From NCBI GenBank assembly GCA_964016885.1, contig OZ024761.1, positions 25,668,001 through 25,732,000 on the forward strand: a DNA stretch of 64,000 nt. The letters are read 5' to 3'. The DNA comes from Eledone cirrhosa (Eukaryota). Under the pieces are notes generated by a model. That model had not been told where the DNA came from. It saw nothing but the letters and a program-made list of their open reading frames with translations, and searched no databases. Each line of letters starts with the position of its first letter. Position 1 is the stretch's first letter. The translations under genes and the position numbers were made by a program. Below, one piece after another: positions 58,503 to 64,000 of this stretch.

Positions 58503-59339
58503 GAATAGCCTCAAATCTATCTAAATATGTATCTATTGCCTACATACATACGTACATAGGCGTGTGTGGGTGTATATATATACACGCACACACACATATG
58601 TATATAGACAAATAGAGAGAGAGAGAGAAAGAGGCAGTAAGAGACAGATATAGACATATTTTTATAGATATATAAATATATAGAGATTTATACGACTATA
58701 TATGAATGTATATTTTTATATGTGATTCTTTGATAGAAAATATTTGTATTTTCTTTCAATATAAGTGTGCATGATTGAGTATCGATGTGTCTTTGTCTTT
58801 GTGTTGGCGTGTAATAGCTTTAGGTTCTAATCAAATATGTATTGGCTATAATCAGATCGAAATTACCCTCTCGTGTTGTCTTTGTATCAAAGCTAGTTTC
58901 GAAGAAGATAAGTAGCTGCTGCTGCTACTGTTATTGTTATTGCTGCTGTTGTTGTTTCTTCATCTTTTAAGTATTTCTTCTTCTTCTTCTTTGCTTTTTC
59001 TCTGTCTTCTAATTTTTCATCTTTTTCTTCTTCAACTTGTTCGTTTTCTTCTCTCCTTTATCTTCTTTTTCTATGTTATTTTTGTTCTTCTCCATCGTCA
59101 TCTTCCTTTCCTCCTCTGTCTACATCTTTTTTCTTCTTTATGTTTTTCACCAATATCATCATCTTGTTCTTCGTCTTTTTCATTTTCTACTCCGATTTCT
59201 TCATCATCATCACGTTCCTCTTTCTTTATAATCTGTTCGTCTTTCTTAATCTTCATCTCCCCCACCCCCGTTACTCTTCCTTCTCCCTCTCCTCTACTGA
59301 TAGTATACATAAAGGTATATTTCAGCTCTATATGTTTAC

Positions 59340-59414
59340 CTCTTTGAAGATATTCCCTGTTAAATTTCTTTGATATCATCCAATATTTTCTCACAATTTC
59401 AGGGGATTTAAAAG
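59340..59414 (-). CDS. Candidate 75-nt internal exon (xFKSPEIVRKYWMISKKFNREYLQRx), product unknown
   Basis: Reverse complement has a ttatatttccatgtAG| acceptor and a GAG|GTAAAC donor. One open frame, symmetric phase 1-1. No homology recognised. Confidence 0.3.
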
Positions 59415-60401
59415 CTACATGGAAATATAAGCAGAATATACAATAGCAAAAAAGAACAAAAGAATAAAAAAAAACTAATAAAATGCGGCAACGAATTATG
59501 AAAGAATCATGTCTTCCTTTTGTTCAATTAAGCGCAAAGAAATCTCTAATGTTTATATATATATATATATATATATAAACACACTCATATATATATATAT
59601 AAATTCATATATGATAATAATAATAATAATGTTTTCTTTAATAATAATAATAATAATTATATATATATATATATATCTATATATATATCATATATTATAT
59701 TGCCATATGTACATCGTGTTGTTCTTGCTACTGGGTATATCAATATATCAATAGGTTTTACGTTTCTTCGTAGATGTTTTAACGATTTTTATTTTTAACT
59801 CAATCATTTATACATATATTTTTATATTTTAAAGATGGAGCGTTTAAACAATGAAGTATCAGCTTCCGCCGTGGCCACTACACGAGGGTTTACTGATTAA
59901 CCCTTGTGTTATTGTATTTCTAATGTAAGATGCTTCCTGAGCTTTTCTATTCACTTTTAATATAAACATGTATTTGGAGGAATTCAGTCATACATCGTAA
60001 CGTTTTAAGTTCAAGCTGTATTCTTTCGTACACAACTCAAATGAACTTGATTGCGTAGTATCATGGCGCACTGTTTTTCTATAAATGTAAGTTATTTTAA
60101 ATAAAACAATTCTGCATCACCTAACCTGGGACAATTTTCATGCGGTTTCATATAAAAAACCGTCTGGGGATTTTATTTTTATTTTAGACAATTGACAAGA
60201 TTCGTTTACCGAGTGGGGTAGAACTGGTCAAAAGTTTCTATTGGTCTTTTCCTTGCTGATAATATCTATCGGACGTAAATATTTGGAATCTTGTGAAATT
60301 AACCTGGTATATTCTCGTCTGAGCAACTTTTTTACCTGGACGCTCTGAAGTCGTTTCTCTCAAACAAGCTCGAGAAAAACTAACAGGGAAGTTTCATAAA
60401 A

Positions 60402-60591
60402 ATAATTGTTTCTACTTTAGTCACACGGCCAGCAATTACCCAGTACATTACTGGTACTTTATTTTATCGACCCCGTAAGGATGAAAAGCAAAGTTAACCT
60501 CGGCGGGATTTGAACTCAGACTGTAAAGGGACGTAACTATGCTAGAAAGCATGGCGTCCAACCCTCTACCGATACTGCCAATTCACCGCCC
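60402..60591 (-). mobile_element. Deu/Nin SINE with a 13-bp TSD
   Basis: TSD gtttcataaaaat at 60391-60403 and 60592-60604. Confidence 0.95.
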
Positions 60592-60825
60592 GTTTCATAA
60601 AAATTAATGAAGGTAAATGGATTATTACTATTATTACCGTGTCTTTTTATGGGCTTTCTCGACAAGTGTTCGTCTGAGGTTTCCCAACCTTAAGTGAATT
60701 TCTAACGTTGGATATTTTAACACATAAAACAACCTACGTTTTACCATCCTGTGCCGTATTATTTGTTCTCTTAATATAAGCACCGTGTGGCTAACATTAG
60801 AAACCATTATTATTATAATCATTAA

Positions 60826-61670
60826 GGGCGGTAGGGTGGAAGAGTCGGACGCCATGCTTTGCAGCATAGAGTTACAGCCCGTTACTGTCTGAGTTCAAAT
60901 CCCGCCATGATTAACTTTGCCTTTCATCCTTACGGGGTCAATAAAACAAAGTACCAGTAATGCACTGGGATAATTGCTAGCCTTGTGCCAAAAGTAGGAA
61001 CAATTATTAAAATTATTATCATTATCGAGGTTAACTTTTGCCTTTTATCCTTAAGGGGTCGATAAAATACCGTACCAGTAATGCACGTGGAATATTGCTG
61101 GCCTTGTGCCAAAAGTAGAAACCTTAATCTCATTATTATTATTATTACTGTTATTATTATTAAATCAGGGCGGCGGATTGGTAGCAATCGGTAGAGTGTC
61201 GGACAATATGCTGCAAAAAATTACAGCCCTTTATTTTCTGAGTTCACATCCTGCCGTGGTTAGCTTTGCTTTTCATCCTTACGGGATCGATATAATATAG
61301 TACCAGTAATGCACTGGTTAATCGACTTTCCTTTCCCACCAAATTGCTGGCCTTGTGCGTCCAGTAGAAATCATTGGATTGACAGTATCGGTAGAGCGTC
61401 GAACGTCATGCTTTACAGCATAGAGTTACAGCCCTTTACGTTCTGAGTTCAAATCCCGCCGATGTTAACTTTGCTTTTCATCCTTACGGGGATCGATAAA
61501 AAAAGTACCAGTCACGCCCTCGGGTCGATTTAATCTACTTTCCCCTTCCCCAAATGTGCTGGCCTTGTGCCTATATAAGAAACGATTATTACCCCAGTGA
61601 ATTACAAATAAAGGACCAGTCAAGCACTGGGGTAATTGCTGGTCTTGTTCCAACAGTAGAAACATTATTA
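60826..61670 (+). mobile_element. Cluster of Deu/Nin SINEs (60826-61008, 61026-61125, 61168-61373, 61375-61590, 61615-61670)
   Basis: Full and truncated copies in the same orientation, linked by (TAT)n. Confidence 0.9.
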
Positions 61671-62140
61671 TTTTTTATTATTATTTCGTCTTTCTCCTAC
61701 ATCACGATTAAACAGGCTTCGAGTTTAATTTACCATGATTAATTTTAAGGAACGTTAAACTGTGCACAGCTAAATAACGTAATAAACTCTTTCCCAAATA
61801 CATTCTTAGTTATATCATGGCTGCCGAATTTTCACCAGTCACTCTCATAAATCATGGCGTATTTGCGTTGGTTTTTATATTGCAATCGTTCCATCATGCG
61901 AACAATTTAGTTTTTTTTTTTCTGTATCATATTTTTTTAGTCATTTTCTTGGTTTGGTTTCATATATTTTAGATCAGTGTTACCGTTTATATTTTTCATG
62001 TAAAAACAACTAATCTACGTGAGAGCAGCTGAAAGCAATTTTAAGGACCTTTTCCCAATGTTTGTCTGTTAAGTTTGTAAGCGAAACCAGCACGTTTTAA
62101 GTGAAATTTTCTAGATAAAAACTGTGAGAAAGCACGTCTG

Positions 62141-62188
<48 letters not shown>

Positions 62189-62289
62189 CGTGTGTGTGTG
62201 TGTGCGTAAATATATTTAAAGTCGATCTACTTTCGTCAAATCGAACCGAGGAAACAGTGCTTCCATTAGTCTTTCCAATTACTAATACT

Positions 62290-62437
62290 ATCTATCGGTC
62301 GCAACTCCAGGTAGAAGGAGCAACGGGAAATAAAGTGTCTTGCCCAAGGACATAACGGATCACCCGGTTCAAGGAATCGAACTCACAACCTCATGATTGT
62401 GAATCCAATTCCATAACCACTCAGCCACACGCCTTCA
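62290..62437 (-). mobile_element. tRNA-derived SINE of a different family (CORE/Meta-like domain)
   Basis: Reverse complement: ggcgtgtggctgagtggttatgg...gagttcgattcc...tgtccttgggcaagacactttatttc. Confidence 0.8.
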
Positions 62438-62442
62438 CAGAC

Positions 62443-62480
62443 ATATGCAATGCTTCACGAATTTGCGTGTGTCATCGTTG
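62443..62480 (-). pseudogene. U6 snRNA 3' fragment (pseudogene)
   Basis: atatgcaatgcttcacgaatttgcgtgtgtcatcgttg versus the U6 reverse complement atatggaacgcttcacgaatttgcgtgtcatccttg. Confidence 0.75.
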
Positions 62481-62663
62481 TAAATATATATATATCTATA
62501 TTATATATATATTCATGTGTCATTTTCCGCAATTTGTATTACATTGACAATAGTAAAAGCAACTGAGAATATGAACTGGTGGGGTTAGATCAAGTAAGGT
62601 CCCTTAATGACAATGTCTCAGAAACTAATAATAGAAGTAGTAATACTAATAATGTGTAATATT

Positions 62664-62934
62664 ACGAAAGCAAACAGTGTTTCTTCATAGATATGGCATG
62701 TCCAGCTGATTGATAACAATGTTTGAGATAAAGAAGGAAAAAAATGTGGATAAGCAGTGGTGGTCAATGAAAAAGGGGATGGCAATACCAAGAATAGTTG
62801 GAGTCTTGGTAACAGTGATTAGAGATCTTGAGAAGTGCATTAAACTAATAGGGATAGCAATACGGATGGAACACTCACAAAAAGCAGCATTGCTTGGAAC
62901 AGCTGGAATACTCCGAAGGGTACTGGGAAAATAA
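62664..62934 (+). pseudogene. 3' fragment of an R4/Dong-like non-LTR retrotransposon (restriction-like endonuclease domain)
   Basis: KQCFFIDMACPAD...W.MKK..AIP.IVGVL.TV...LEK.IK.IGI.I..EH.QKAALLGTAGILRRVL*, a typical RLE-domain C-terminus, next to TAA-rich sequence. Confidence 0.8.
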
Positions 62935-62937
62935 AGA

Positions 62938-63134
62938 GTGTTACCTCAGTTCACTGGTAATGAACAGTTAACTCTGCAATACATCTCCAGCATTGGAAGA
63001 TGAGATAAGGGGTGTTACCTCTGTTCACTGGCAGTGAACAGCTAAACCTGCAATACATCTCCAGCATTAGAAGATGATAAACGAGGCGTTACCTCAATTC
63101 ACTGGCAGTGAACAGCTAACACTGTAATGCATCT
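62938..63134 (+). repeat. 74-bp tandem repeat (about 2.7 copies) forming the LINE 3' UTR
   Basis: g(t/c)gttacctc at 62938, 63012 and 63086. Confidence 0.9.
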
Positions 63135-63135
63135 T

Positions 63136-63760
63136 TGGGGGAGGGGAAAGTCGACTAAATCGACCTCAGTGCGTGACTGGTACTATATGTTATCGACCCC
63201 GTAAGGATGAAAGGCAAAGTTAACCTCGGCGGGATTCGAACTCAGAATAGCAAGGGCCGTAACTATATGCATCAAAGCATGGCGTCCGACCCTCTACCGA
63301 TACTGCCAATCCTCCGCCAATTCAACGCCAATAATAATAATAATGGTTTCATATATAGGCACAATGCCAGTAATTTGGGGGGAGGGGAAAGTCTAGTAAA
63401 TCGACCCCAGTGCGTGACTGGTACTTTATTTTATCGACCCCATAAGGATGAAAGGCAAAGTTAACCTCGGTGGGATTTGAGCTCAGATCATAAAGAGCCG
63501 TAACTCTTTGCTGCAAAGCATGGCGTCCGACCCTCTACCGATACTGCCAATCCACCGCCAATTCAACGCCAATAATTGTTCCTACTTTAGGCACAAGGCC
63601 AGCAATTACCCAGCGCATTACTGGTACTTTATTTTATCAACCCCGTAAGGATGAAAGGCAAAGTCAACCTCGGCGGGATTTGAACTCAGATTGTAAAGGG
63701 ACGTAACTATGCTGGAAAGCATGGCGTCCGACCCTCTACCGATACTGCCAATCCACCACC
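63136..63760 (-). mobile_element. Three head-to-tail Deu/Nin SINEs (63136-63319, 63343-63559, 63571-63760)
   Basis: Reverse complement of the family consensus, with a shared linker caacgccaataat. Confidence 0.92.
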
Positions 63761-63940
63761 ACCAACCCAACGCCAATAATAATAATAATGATAATGAAAA
63801 ATCTAAATATCTATCGTGAATTATATAGATGCTGAGAGAGGTAGAGCAGAAATATAGATTGAGAGAGGCTTCGGGTAGTGGCTTGATGTTCACTTGAACA
63901 AACTTTCCAGTTAAATAACATCAATGACGGAGACTCAAAG

Positions 63941-64000
<60 letters not shown>
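63941..64000. repeat. (TAA)n microsatellite
   Basis: Seen directly in the sequence. Confidence 0.98.

Noticed and set aside
60230-60810. Short minus-strand open frames flanking the 60402 SINE
   Set aside because: Stop codons and ambiguous splice sites; no recognisable protein.
62365-62437. tRNA gene
   Set aside because: The acceptor stem does not close and the sequence continues into a SINE body, so it is a SINE head.

Overview
AT-rich eukaryotic non-coding DNA, most likely from an octopus or other coleoid cephalopod (inferred from the SINE families and microsatellite load; no database search was possible). Much of the window is (TA)n-derived, (GA)n, (CA)n and (GAA)n microsatellite, and almost all ORFs in the supplied track are artefacts of it. 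I found no intact protein-coding gene, rRNA, true tRNA or CRISPR array. Recognisable content: about 30 copies or fragments of one tRNA-headed Deu/Nin-domain SINE (some with TSDs, some in tandem arrays); two hAT-type MITEs with 8-bp TSDs; fragments of L1/Tx1, RTE and R4/Dong-like LINEs; two Penelope-like (PLE) GIY-YIG endonuclease remnants; three minisatellites; and a U6 snRNA fragment. The main hidden structure is that the short unique islands between (TA)n tracts are termini of at least 8 sequence-distinct PLE-like families carrying type I hammerhead ribozyme (HHR) motifs. About 11 of these have an intact CUGANGA/GAAA/NUH core. Several form near-perfect palindromes with a hammerhead on each strand, one family has a 116-nt stem II, and unrelated families share a GAGTRC motif near the (TA)n junction.
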